Virus record (IMG/VR): IMGVR_UViG_3300041411_000178 | Location: 160,005 to 224,004 of that record | DNA: 64,000 nucleotides | Strand: one strand, 5' to 3' | Part shown: one piece after another, positions 1-8,572 of the stretch | How positions within the stretch are numbered: the first letter of the stretch is position 1 | How the letters are laid out: each line of letters begins with the position of its first letter | The notes under the pieces: generated by a model | Told to the model about the DNA's origin: nothing | The model's input: the letters and a program-made list of their open reading frames with translations, nothing else | The model's database searches: none | Made by a program: the position numbers and the translations under genes

Positions 1-1
1 C

Positions 2-109
2 GTCTATCGTCAGGTCATTATCGATACCGTCCATAACACCATCACCAGCGAAGTGCACATGTACAGCGCTGGCAAAACTGTACAATACCTTCACGAAATC
101 AAGGCGTAA
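2..109 (+). CDS. 3' end of a hypothetical protein truncated by the window edge
   Basis: Open frame from nt 2 (VYRQVIIDTV...HEIKA) to TAA at 107-109, 5 nt before the next ATG. Confidence 0.55.
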   Translation, partial: VYRQVIIDTVHNTITSEVHMYSAGKTVQYLHEIKA

Positions 110-114
110 CCAAC

Positions 115-1260
115 ATGATCAAATTGAACCTGCGTGAATTCCTCAATAACGACGGCAACAACATCAACCTCCACAGCATCCGGAATAGCCTTGTAGCAAA
201 AGGCTATTCGCTTCTCGATCTGGTCGACGACATGGAGATCCTCGAGGCCACCCTCGGCGATGCGACCAATCCTGAATGCGGTATGCAGGCAATCGTGACC
301 CGTCTGCGTGAAGGCTACGAGATCGATCTGATCTTCGGCCATCAGAAGGGTGTAGATCCATCGATCGAAGACACCGAGGCCTACACCAGCTGCTGGGCCA
401 ATAGTCGGTTCTACATTGCGTTTGCAGCGCCTCGGCAGAAACGACCCGACCAACAAGGGCTTACCGCGATCGATACCCTGCGTGCGGTTGTCGATGCCGA
501 ATTGGGTGAAGGCACACTGTTCAACATGCTGCCGTGGCTCAATCCAGAAAACGACCGGTTGGCAATCAGCAAGTGGGTCGATAACAAGGTTAAGTCCGAA
601 CTGGCCGAATGCAAGGTTCCTCGTAAAGACCTCAAAGATGTTGATCGTCTGGATGGTCATTATGCTGCCTGGCTGGATACCTTTGTTTCGCATCACCTCG
701 CCAACGTTCTTCCGCACCTTAAAGCGGATGCAATCACCGCGCGTATGTTGGAAGCAATCACGGGCGTTAGTCACCGCGTCCGTTGGTTGAGTGAGCGACT
801 GACTGCCTACGAGCGAGTGTTTGGTTGTGAAGACCTCTCCTTGGAAGAACTCCAGGGTCGTAAACGTCATCCTGTTTCTGATGATGGCGTGGGTAACCGC
901 AGTAAGGCTCAGTTCGATGAGCCCGATGAACCATCGTTGTTTAAAGAAGGAGAAACCGAAGAACTCAACCCACTGTGGGTGCTGTACACCACCAACTATC
1001 ACCGTGGCCTCCTGACTCAGGAACAAGTGGTGAACGTCGGCAACAACCTGCTCAAGCAAATCCAGCAGTGCTCTCCTGAGCGTCTGCAAGAGATTGGCCC
1101 TCGCGGTATTCCCAATGTGCTCACCAAGTTCGGTCATGTGTCTATGGCCTGGGTAATGCACTTCAAGAATGCTCATCAACCAGATCTCAACTTCGGTCAA
1201 ATTACCCGTCTGGGTCACACCGTAGCTGAACAAGTAAAGGCGTACAAACCTCGTGGATAA
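115..1260 (+). CDS. hypothetical protein (381 aa)
   Basis: Long ORF tightly packed in a plus-strand operon, overlapping the next start; no motif recognised. Confidence 0.8.
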   Translation: MIKLNLREFLNNDGNNINLHSIRNSLVAKGYSLLDLVDDMEILEATLGDATNPECGMQAIVTRLREGYEIDLIFGHQKGVDPSIEDTEAYTSCWANSRFYIAFAAPRQKRPDQQGLTAIDTLRAVVDAELGEGTLFNMLPWLNPENDRLAISKWVDNKVKSELAECKVPRKDLKDVDRLDGHYAAWLDTFVSHHLANVLPHLKADAITARMLEAITGVSHRVRWLSERLTAYERVFGCEDLSLEELQGRKRHPVSDDGVGNRSKAQFDEPDEPSLFKEGETEELNPLWVLYTTNYHRGLLTQEQVVNVGNNLLKQIQQCSPERLQEIGPRGIPNVLTKFGHVSMAWVMHFKNAHQPDLNFGQITRLGHTVAEQVKAYKPRG

Positions 1261-2440
1261 AGTCAAGATCATCGATCTCAAAACATACTTCACCCAACCG
1301 TCCCTGTATCCGTCGCAGAGCCGTAAGTTCTGGCAGGAAAACCAAGCGTCGATTCTCGAGTTCATTGGCAGTCTTGAGGACAAGGGCTCGTTCTTAAACA
1401 TGCATGCCTTCATGGCCAGGGTTGACACCGCCATGTCCAACCCGCGTATACCTGGGTCGCGCGAGACTTACTTGATCCTGGGTAAGCCACTTGATATCTC
1501 GGCTCATGATTACGGCGATGCCGAGCTTCAAAAACTGGTAACCGACGAAGTGCTCGCTTCTGTTGACCGGGAATTGTTGTTTGTGGTTGTAAGCGTTCCG
1601 AAGGCGGATGATAAGGCCCAAGGGAGCTACTACAGCGAGCATAGACGCGAATACTCTGATCCGTGGGGGCACGTTACTAACGACATGCTCGCGCATCTCC
1701 TGAGTCATTTCTCGTTGACGCAGATCCATCCGTTCCAACCCCATGGGCAGCGTGTCCAGGTACCGTCTGGTCTTGAGCTGGTGGAACTGATCCAGTCGCG
1801 TCTTATGCCGCCGGACTATCGTGGCGGTCAGCCGTTTGCTGCATTCAACCAGTTCTTCGATCCACGCTTCAGTGGCGGGTTCCGTCCGTTCCCGCGGTGG
1901 TGTAATGGCGGTAATGCAGCCATGAACGGCATGAACATGATGTTCAATGAGATGAATGGGCCACAGGCCAGTAATGGTGCTTATGCACGGCATGCATTCA
2001 CTGGTGCTTGGACCTGGTATCCACACACTGGTGTTTATGCAAACATCATTCTGGATCACAAGGGGGACGACCAAAAACTCACGCTGCAAACTCTGCTCAA
2101 TGAAATCTACAAATTTGTAGCCCGTTACGGCGTAGAGTATGAACCGCACATCACCCGCTTGGTTAAGGAGGTCTGTGTTACGTTCGAACATGACCCTAAA
2201 GCAATGGAACTCCTCAAAGGTTCCAGTGTTACGCTGTTTATCGGCGAGCGCGGTCATATTCAGCCGGTTGTGCGTGAGCGCACTGACAATGCATTCACCA
2301 ACTGGGCGTTGGCGGATGGAGCGTGGGTTCCAGGCAAGGAATACAAGCCGACCAAGGTAATCAACGTTATCGATGGTGTGGCCAAATACATTCCTGGCTA
2401 CGGTAATGAAGGTTTCGGCGGTCGTCCAGGCTGCTGGTAA
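1253..2440 (+). CDS. hypothetical protein (395 aa) with an Asn/Met/Gly-rich low-complexity middle
   Basis: Long ORF coupled to the upstream gene and followed by a terminator. Confidence 0.8.
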   Translation: MDKVKIIDLKTYFTQPSLYPSQSRKFWQENQASILEFIGSLEDKGSFLNMHAFMARVDTAMSNPRIPGSRETYLILGKPLDISAHDYGDAELQKLVTDEVLASVDRELLFVVVSVPKADDKAQGSYYSEHRREYSDPWGHVTNDMLAHLLSHFSLTQIHPFQPHGQRVQVPSGLELVELIQSRLMPPDYRGGQPFAAFNQFFDPRFSGGFRPFPRWCNGGNAAMNGMNMMFNEMNGPQASNGAYARHAFTGAWTWYPHTGVYANIILDHKGDDQKLTLQTLLNEIYKFVARYGVEYEPHITRLVKEVCVTFEHDPKAMELLKGSSVTLFIGERGHIQPVVRERTDNAFTNWALADGAWVPGKEYKPTKVINVIDGVAKYIPGYGNEGFGGRPGCW

Positions 2441-2448
2441 CTAGTACA

Positions 2449-2490
2449 CGGGTTGTGGGGTAATTCCTGCAACCCGCTTTTTATTTATTT
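2449..2490 (+). terminator. intrinsic terminator
   Basis: CGGGTTGTGGG/CCTGCAACCCG stem followed by CTTTTTATTTATTT. Confidence 0.75.
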
Positions 2491-2502
2491 AAGGAAGTAA
2501 TC

Positions 2503-2997
2503 ATGGACCCTATTGAAATCGAAGCAGCTTTGTCTCCAATCGAGCAAGAAAACCAGGTGTTGGCCTATTTCAAAAATAACTTCACCACCAATCCTAAGAA
2601 GCTGTGCAAAATGGCTACTCGGATCTGGAACGACCAACCTGCTTTCATCCAGAAAGGTTTGTTGCAGAACATCCTGGATGCTAAAGACCCGGTCAACATG
2701 CTGCGTGACTTTTTCCAGATGATGGATGAGTGGAAGCAGGTTGTACCTGCTCTGATAGCTGACGGCGCTCACGGTATGATCGTGGACAAGAAGAATACCA
2801 TCTTCGGCGTTGAGATCAAAGCCAACGAGAAGTGGTTGCGTGCAAACGATTTGTGGAACCCCGACCAGGAAGCCGATATCCAGGACGAGGTCATGAAACA
2901 ATGGATGGCTGATCAAGGGTTGAAACATTTCCATGGCAAGATTGTCCTTTTTGACAACTTTGGCTTTAGCGGCATGTGCCGCGAAATATTCCTCTGA
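2503..2997 (+). CDS. hypothetical protein, paralogue family A (copy 1)
   Basis: Shares NFTTNPKKL, IAxGxHG, KWL and FGFSG motifs with 3008-3619 and 6597-7100. Confidence 0.85.
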   Translation: MDPIEIEAALSPIEQENQVLAYFKNNFTTNPKKLCKMATRIWNDQPAFIQKGLLQNILDAKDPVNMLRDFFQMMDEWKQVVPALIADGAHGMIVDKKNTIFGVEIKANEKWLRANDLWNPDQEADIQDEVMKQWMADQGLKHFHGKIVLFDNFGFSGMCREIFL

Positions 2998-3007
2998 GGC
3001 AGACAGC

Positions 3008-3619
3008 ATGGAATACGAATTTGATGAAAGCCTGTCGCCGTTCCGACAGGAGTTGCATGTACTGGATTGGTTCCAACGCAATTTTACAACCAATCCCAAG
3101 AAACTGAAGAAGATGAACGAACGGGTTCGTCCGAAGCTGCCAGACTGGATCCAGAAGAGCCTGTGTGACACCCTGGCGCGTTCTAGCGACCCGGTTGGGT
3201 TCATGCGTCACGCTTTCCGCGATCTCGCCGCCTACCCGGCTATCATGGAGCGTCTGATTGCCGAGGGTAACCACGGCATGATCATGATGGGTCCTCAAGT
3301 GTTCGGTTTCAGTCTCGATACTAACGAGAAGTGGCTGAATGCTGACAAGACCGGCAAGTGGCACAAAGATGATGAAAGCGACATCATCGACAAGGCTCTC
3401 CAACACTGGATGATCAAAGAACGTCGCCGTAAGGTCACGTGTCGCATTACTTTGTTCGCTGAGTTCGGTTTCTCTGGTATCCCGTTCCAAACTACGCACA
3501 GTCTCAGTGACCGTCTGTGGAATGAACTGCTTCCGCACTGGAAGAAAGAAGACGAGGCTCTGGCTAACCTGGAACTTCAGTACCTGCTAAACCCCGAGTT
3601 AAAGGAACAAGAGCAATGA
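3008..3619 (+). CDS. hypothetical protein, paralogue family A (copy 2)
   Basis: Start moved to ATG 3008 (MEYEFDE), which aligns with the family A N-terminus; NFTTNPKKL...FGFSG. Confidence 0.85.
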   Translation: MEYEFDESLSPFRQELHVLDWFQRNFTTNPKKLKKMNERVRPKLPDWIQKSLCDTLARSSDPVGFMRHAFRDLAAYPAIMERLIAEGNHGMIMMGPQVFGFSLDTNEKWLNADKTGKWHKDDESDIIDKALQHWMIKERRRKVTCRITLFAEFGFSGIPFQTTHSLSDRLWNELLPHWKKEDEALANLELQYLLNPELKEQEQ

Positions 3620-3972
3620 CTGATAAGCCACGTTTTGATTATGCAACTGCCGACATCGTAGGCGAGCGTTTGGGTGCTATCTTTAACGGACTCGACAAAG
3701 AGCACGCCATGGCTGCTGTTGAAGAGTTCATTGATGACTACACCAACAGCATCTTTGGGCTGAGCGTGATCGATGCCTTGCGTAAGGTTAAGATGCCTGA
3801 GCAGGGTCGTTCGCAATGCATTCAGACATTGGCTAAAGGTCGTGCTGTATTGGTGTCTGCATACGGCTTTAATGTCAAGACAGACACCAAGTGCAAGTGT
3901 GGGCGGGCTTTCATTGTTCTGGATGAAATGACTCGTGAAGACCGCGATAAAGAAATGGAAAGTCTGGGGTAA
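3616..3972 (+). CDS. hypothetical protein (118 aa)
   Basis: ATGA overlap with the upstream stop. Confidence 0.75.
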   Translation: MTDKPRFDYATADIVGERLGAIFNGLDKEHAMAAVEEFIDDYTNSIFGLSVIDALRKVKMPEQGRSQCIQTLAKGRAVLVSAYGFNVKTDTKCKCGRAFIVLDEMTREDRDKEMESLG

Positions 3973-3977
3973 TAACC

Positions 3978-4205
3978 ATGTCCGGTGCAAAGGTTCTTAA
4001 TCGGGTATGTCTTCCGATCGACTACACCAAGATTGATCCTGACGCGTTAAGCGATAACTTCCAGGACATAGAGAAACGCATGATCCGGGAGTTTATCAAA
4101 GCACACCCTGAAATGGGGCCTATGGAACTCCAGAAGGCTCTTCTTGAAGCTAAGGGCTACGAGGTATCACACCAGGTCATCCGCGTACAACGCGAGAAGG
4201 ACTGA
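3978..4205 (+). CDS. small hypothetical protein, possible winged-helix DNA-binding domain
   Basis: HPEMGPMELQKALLEAKGYEVSHQVIR resembles HTH patterns of the HPxxGxxxIxxxLxxxGxxVS type; function inferred only. Confidence 0.65.
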   Translation: MSGAKVLNRVCLPIDYTKIDPDALSDNFQDIEKRMIREFIKAHPEMGPMELQKALLEAKGYEVSHQVIRVQREKD

Positions 4206-4225
4206 ACAAACAACCGAGGTGTCCA

Positions 4226-4579
4226 ATGAAAAAATCTCTTGAAGAATGCTTTAACGAAGAAATCACCCTTCAGCTTGATTCGGGCAAAACGTATTCTGTA
4301 ACGCCCGTGCCGGTAGCGTCTCCTGATGGGGCTGTGTTTCTGAGCGTCAAGGATCCTGAGGACAAACACCACAGCACGCTGACGACTGTGGTTGTACGGA
4401 TGGAAGAAGGCGGGCTCGAGATGGTCATGGGTAACTTTGAACCGTCCGATGTTAAATATGACATTCCAAAGAACCGTTTTGTTCATTGGACCAATCCATT
4501 TGCTACCCGGGAAGTCCGTAAAGAACTCCTGGGCAAGCTGGCAGACAGCATTAATAAGGAAGACACTGATGAAGCCTGA
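4226..4579 (+). CDS. hypothetical protein (117 aa)
   Basis: GAGG RBS upstream; part of the operon. Confidence 0.8.
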   Translation: MKKSLEECFNEEITLQLDSGKTYSVTPVPVASPDGAVFLSVKDPEDKHHSTLTTVVVRMEEGGLEMVMGNFEPSDVKYDIPKNRFVHWTNPFATREVRKELLGKLADSINKEDTDEA

Positions 4580-5339
4580 AGAACAACCGTTTTACATTCC
4601 TGACGAAGATGAACCCAGTGTCTTTGGTTCTTGTGTAAACGTCAGCACCATGGCTAATGGGCATCTGGCTAGCGGAAGCTTCGACCAGGAGCATTGGTAT
4701 TGGCCGACCTGGCTTAAGGCAAAGAAACGTCGTCAACACCTCGAACGCTGGCGTTCCGCTAATCCTGATGCGCCGGCCCTTCACTACCCGCCGTTCTTTG
4801 ATGCGGACAGTTACGAATCCATCGGTCTTAATTTGATCGTGCGGTTACGTACTGAGCTGAAGGAACCCGATTACCCAGTGTTCGCACCCACTCCTACCAT
4901 GTTCATTGGTGATACTCGCAAGATCAGTCTGCGTTGGGTGCTGCAATATGCGCGGGATAACCAGATGGATCCCAACGAAGCTGTGCTTGTTGCTGAGCAT
5001 GAGCGTGATCTGGGTGGGCTAACGCTTAATAGTCAGCCTGCATGGAAGGGCCAGTGGTGGAAAGAAATCATGGAGCTGCCGGGTATCGGCTACCCTATCT
5101 GGCGCTACAAGGATGGTCACGAAAACGTAGCCATTCCTTACCTACTCATGCCAGGTCCTTTGAGTGAATCGATCGTTATTGTTCGCGTTCACGAGAAGAA
5201 CCCCAACATCTCCTACAAGCTGGTCACCATCAGACAGAAGGGTGGTGAAGTGGTCGGTGAGTTCACCGGTTACGAGGGTTTCGATCGGGTAGAGCTGGAT
5301 GGTCTCCTTAAATCTTTCAGGGCGGGATTCTGGTCATGA
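4569..5339 (+). CDS. hypothetical protein (256 aa)
   Basis: Start moved to ATG 4569 (MKPEEQP), overlapping the upstream stop region; the extension to 4392 overlaps another gene. Confidence 0.75.
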   Translation: MKPEEQPFYIPDEDEPSVFGSCVNVSTMANGHLASGSFDQEHWYWPTWLKAKKRRQHLERWRSANPDAPALHYPPFFDADSYESIGLNLIVRLRTELKEPDYPVFAPTPTMFIGDTRKISLRWVLQYARDNQMDPNEAVLVAEHERDLGGLTLNSQPAWKGQWWKEIMELPGIGYPIWRYKDGHENVAIPYLLMPGPLSESIVIVRVHEKNPNISYKLVTIRQKGGEVVGEFTGYEGFDRVELDGLLKSFRAGFWS

Positions 5340-5491
5340 AAGGTGATGAGGAAAAACTTTCGGACCAACAGACTCAATTGGCTGGCGCGGTCAAGAAGAT
5401 CCGATCCAGTTTGCCGGTAGATCTAATTGAATTCTTGAATAAAGGAAAACGTTTCCATGAAAAAGAAAAGAACGTTCGGGGTAAGTCCTAA
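5336..5491 (+). CDS. small hypothetical protein (51 aa)
   Basis: ATGA overlap with the upstream stop; fills the gap (MKGDEEKLSDQQ...VRGKS); not in the ORF track. Confidence 0.45.
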   Translation: MKGDEEKLSDQQTQLAGAVKKIRSSLPVDLIEFLNKGKRFHEKEKNVRGKS

Positions 5492-6590
5492 GGGTGCACT
5501 CGTTCTTCGTGCCCGTGAAGAAGAGCGTCGTCGCAATCTTCCTCGGGTTCAAGCGACTCCAGAAGGTGGTTTGAAGCGCGTACAGCAAAATCCACTGCTG
5601 GAACTGATGGCGGAGTTTCCAATGCTCCCTCCGATCGACATCGATGTTGTTATCGATCCGAGCGTACACGCTGCGCTCGATCTCGCACTGCTGACCGTAC
5701 GTGGTGGTGCGGTTGCTCGTAATAAGCTGCCGTGGAACCAGCCGTTCACTGGTAAGCATTACATTACCCATCCTGAAAACACAGATCTCCTGAAGCAAGT
5801 GACAGACCATTTGGTCAGTCCATTAAAGGTCTTTGACCCGCAGTGGGAAGGTAAGGTAATCAACGCTCCTGGAGGTGCTCCGGATAAAACGTTCCTCCTG
5901 GATCCGGGTATTACGCTTAACAGCAAGTTCAGTTGTGAACTTATTGAAAGCGATAACCAGCCGGTCAGTAATTGGTTGAACACCTGGTATCCCGGCGGCG
6001 TTTTGGCTGAACCGTTCGAGCAGCCACCGATATCACCTGCGGCGGCTCACCGTTGGAAATTGAGAATGGCCAATGCGCACGCTGAAGTAGGTCCCGATGA
6101 TAACAACTATCGGGACTACCTCGACACGATCCGTTCGTGGTATGCCGGGGATGCACCGCCCCATGAACACCGGATCTACACATCTGAAGCAAAGATGTGC
6201 GAGAATCTGGAGAAGCTTCGGGTGTACTTCCACGACTTCAAAGAGCGTGTCGGTGTTCGCTTGCGTGGCCTTGATATCAAAATCGGTTTCGAAGTTGACG
6301 ACCGGTTTAAGTTGATGGTCACGGAAGTGTTTTACCATGACCAGGCGATGCTGCTGTTGGAGGTTGTTACTACGCTCCCCAATATGCGTCCAATGGGGTT
6401 CGTGCGGTACTTCAAAGATCCTGGCACACTGAAAGCACGTAACGACTCCGAGCATGATATCTCGTGGACGTTTAATACGTTCTTCAGTGACTTCAACGTG
6501 TTCGGTCGTGATCAGTTGGATCAGTTCCTGGACATCGTTGTGTATTGCCTTGATAAAGGCGTTCGTGAAGACATTGCGTATTTCGGGTAG
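5457..6590 (+). CDS. hypothetical protein (377 aa)
   Basis: AAAGGA RBS; long ORF in the operon. Confidence 0.8.
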   Translation: MKKKRTFGVSPKGALVLRAREEERRRNLPRVQATPEGGLKRVQQNPLLELMAEFPMLPPIDIDVVIDPSVHAALDLALLTVRGGAVARNKLPWNQPFTGKHYITHPENTDLLKQVTDHLVSPLKVFDPQWEGKVINAPGGAPDKTFLLDPGITLNSKFSCELIESDNQPVSNWLNTWYPGGVLAEPFEQPPISPAAAHRWKLRMANAHAEVGPDDNNYRDYLDTIRSWYAGDAPPHEHRIYTSEAKMCENLEKLRVYFHDFKERVGVRLRGLDIKIGFEVDDRFKLMVTEVFYHDQAMLLLEVVTTLPNMRPMGFVRYFKDPGTLKARNDSEHDISWTFNTFFSDFNVFGRDQLDQFLDIVVYCLDKGVREDIAYFG

Positions 6591-6596
6591 GTAACC

Positions 6597-7100
6597 ATGC
6601 AACAAGTTCCTGAAGGGGCGTATGAAGACCCCTTTGCTGATGAAGCGGTTATTCTTCAGTACTACAAGGACAACTGGCCAAAGAACCTCAAGAAACTGAA
6701 GTCGATGGCAGTGCAGTTGTCCAAGGTGCCGGGTCAGAAGCGTTATCTGATTGAGGGTATCCTCAATTCCATCCAGCGCTCCTCTCGGCCCGATGAGTAC
6801 TTGAAGGAATGCTTTAAGCAGCACGACGATTATTCTGTTTTGATCCCTGAGTTTATCGCAGAAGGTCATCACGGTATTTTGTTTGTTAATCGTGTGCTGT
6901 ATCCCGTTACGGTCGTGGCCAGTAAGAGCTGGTTGCGTAAAAGCGATAAGTGGGACTTCCAACAGGAACTCGAGATCATGGAGTCCCTGGCTACGGAGTG
7001 GATGAAAGAGAACGGTAAAGTTCGTCTGGACGGGAAGATGTTGTTGTTCCCTGTATTTGGGTTCAGCGGTCTTTATCGCAAACTAACGATGGAATTGTAG
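6597..7100 (+). CDS. hypothetical protein, paralogue family A (copy 3)
   Basis: YYKDNWPKNLKKL, IAEGHHG, SWLR and LLFPVFGFSG match family A. Confidence 0.85.
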   Translation: MQQVPEGAYEDPFADEAVILQYYKDNWPKNLKKLKSMAVQLSKVPGQKRYLIEGILNSIQRSSRPDEYLKECFKQHDDYSVLIPEFIAEGHHGILFVNRVLYPVTVVASKSWLRKSDKWDFQQELEIMESLATEWMKENGKVRLDGKMLLFPVFGFSGLYRKLTMEL

Positions 7101-7110
7101 GAGCAAGACA

Positions 7111-7272
7111 ATGTCCGCAATCAAGAAGGATTACAGTATCCCGTTACCAACCGATCCGATGTGGTGTCTGGCGCGTAAACCACCGGGCATCCGTACCAAA
7201 CCTCGTCCGCGTTACGAAGTACCTCTGGCTGATCCTACCAAGGCTCAGGAAGAGAAGGGGTTGTACCTGTGA
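7111..7272 (+). CDS. small Pro/Arg/Lys-rich peptide (53 aa)
   Basis: AGGAG RBS at about 7099-7103; stop overlaps the next GTG (GTGA); MSAIKKDYSIPLPTDPMWCLARKPPGIRTKPRPRYEVP... Confidence 0.6.
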   Translation: MSAIKKDYSIPLPTDPMWCLARKPPGIRTKPRPRYEVPLADPTKAQEEKGLYL

Positions 7273-7487
7273 ACGAGGAACAGAAAGCCCAGTTTGAAGC
7301 GGTGGTCGAGGAAAAAGCCAAAGAAGTACTTATCGTCGGTGTCGGTATTGCGGTGGGTGCTATCAGGAACATGGTTAAAGACATTAAGTTCCGGATGATG
7401 GACATCGAGGCTAAGGCTCAGGCTATTCCACCTCGCCATAACTCTTACACACGACGTCGTAAGAAAGGACGTAGCCAGCCTTTCTAG
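7269..7487 (+). CDS. small basic protein, tandem paralogue of 7498-7725
   Basis: GTGA coupling; C-terminus SYTRRRKKGRSQPF. Confidence 0.7.
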   Translation: MNEEQKAQFEAVVEEKAKEVLIVGVGIAVGAIRNMVKDIKFRMMDIEAKAQAIPPRHNSYTRRRKKGRSQPF

Positions 7488-7497
7488 GAGGTGCAAC

Positions 7498-7725
7498 ATG
7501 AACGAGAAACTAGAGGACCTAGAGGAAATCGTCGAGTCGGTTGAATCTGCTGAGAAAATACCCCAGAAAATTCTGTTGGTAGGGACTCATCAAGGCGCCA
7601 GTTTGGTAATGGCTAACTTGGCGAAAGATATAAGGGCCTCGATCAAAGAGGTGGTTGGTAAGTTCTCCGAGCGCCCACAGCGTTCCTATCCAAAGAAGGC
7701 CAAGAAGGGGCGCAGCCGTTCATGA
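7498..7725 (+). CDS. small basic protein, tandem paralogue of 7269-7487
   Basis: AGGAGG RBS; C-terminus SYPKKAKKGRSRS. Confidence 0.75.
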   Translation: MNEKLEDLEEIVESVESAEKIPQKILLVGTHQGASLVMANLAKDIRASIKEVVGKFSERPQRSYPKKAKKGRSRS

Positions 7726-7856
7726 ACACGGTATCTGATTCGTTCCCGCCACCCGATCCAAAGGGTGCCAAAAATCCCTATCCTGGGCATTGCTACCGGT
7801 TGCCTCCGCTTCCGGCACCACGTCCGTATCCACCACAAACACGCAAAGATAAGTAA
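7722..7856 (+). CDS. small proline-rich peptide (44 aa, 13 Pro)
   Basis: ATGA overlap with the upstream stop; stop lies just before the RBS of the next gene; ...YRLPPLPAPRPYPPQTRKDK. Confidence 0.55.
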   Translation: MNTVSDSFPPPDPKGAKNPYPGHCYRLPPLPAPRPYPPQTRKDK

Positions 7857-7865
7857 GGAGTAAGC

Positions 7866-8186
7866 GTGGAAACTAAACTACCTCCTTATGACAATGGCTT
7901 CTACGAGATCATGCGGAGTCATACAGACCACCCGTTTAAGCTTGTGAAGTGGCTACTTCAGGAAAGGGGTGTTGATGTTTACCCCAAGTTCGAAGTTGAG
8001 CATGCCTGCGGTGTGTACTACCTCCTGGGTCACTGGATTGCCGATCCTGTTAACTGGCACGCCAATGCCCACAAGGAACTCGAAGCATTTGAAGCAGCCC
8101 GTTGCGAAGAACTCAGGAAAACGGGAACACTAACCGAAAAAGACTTCGAGCATTACGTGGTCTACGACAGCAACAAACACCTTTAG
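7866..8186 (+). CDS. hypothetical protein (106 aa)
   Basis: AAGGAG RBS with a GTG start. Confidence 0.75.
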   Translation: METKLPPYDNGFYEIMRSHTDHPFKLVKWLLQERGVDVYPKFEVEHACGVYYLLGHWIADPVNWHANAHKELEAFEAARCEELRKTGTLTEKDFEHYVVYDSNKHL

Positions 8187-8196
8187 GGGGAACATC

Positions 8197-8493
8197 ATGT
8201 CTGAAGCCGAAAGCAAGCGCCGCGCCGAAGTTACTGCGTGGCTGGAAGGTCGTACAGCACAAGAGTTGTTGGGTCATGCTCAAGCACTCTTCTACACCGC
8301 TGTTGAAACCCAAGGCGGTATCCAGGAAGTGATTGCGACCTATACGACCCCTGAGGGTGAGCGGTCGTCGTTTACGCTCCACGTCAAGGATCACGATCTG
8401 GTAACGATGGAACTGTTCAGTCGGGTAGATACGTTAGTGCAAGAAGTAGAAGCACTGGCTAACCATATCGAGCAAATGACCGATAGCGATTAA
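8197..8493 (+). CDS. hypothetical protein (98 aa)
   Basis: AGGGG RBS; last gene of the operon. Confidence 0.75.
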   Translation: MSEAESKRRAEVTAWLEGRTAQELLGHAQALFYTAVETQGGIQEVIATYTTPEGERSSFTLHVKDHDLVTMELFSRVDTLVQEVEALANHIEQMTDSD

Positions 8494-8504
8494 CTTGTAG
8501 TCCG

Positions 8505-8521
8505 TTTCACGTCTACATTAT
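8505..8521 (+). promoter_or_regulatory. putative early (virion RNAP) promoter motif
   Basis: TTTCACGTCTACATTAT; same motif at 7 intergenic sites; related to the phiKZ early TATTAC element. Confidence 0.65.
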
Positions 8522-8572
8522 TAACGCGTTAATAACACAACCGCTACATTTTGTTTTAATAAGGATACTTTC

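Noticed and set aside
3978-4205. Transposase remnant (HTH resembling IS-type domains)
   Set aside because: There is no DDE domain, inverted repeats or frameshifted continuation, and the ORF is an intact, coupled member of the operon.
4569-6590. Possible paralogy between 4569-5339 and 5457-6590 (GFDRVELDGLL versus FGRDQLDQFL)
   Set aside because: The similarity is limited to a few C-terminal residues and is not convincing without an alignment score.
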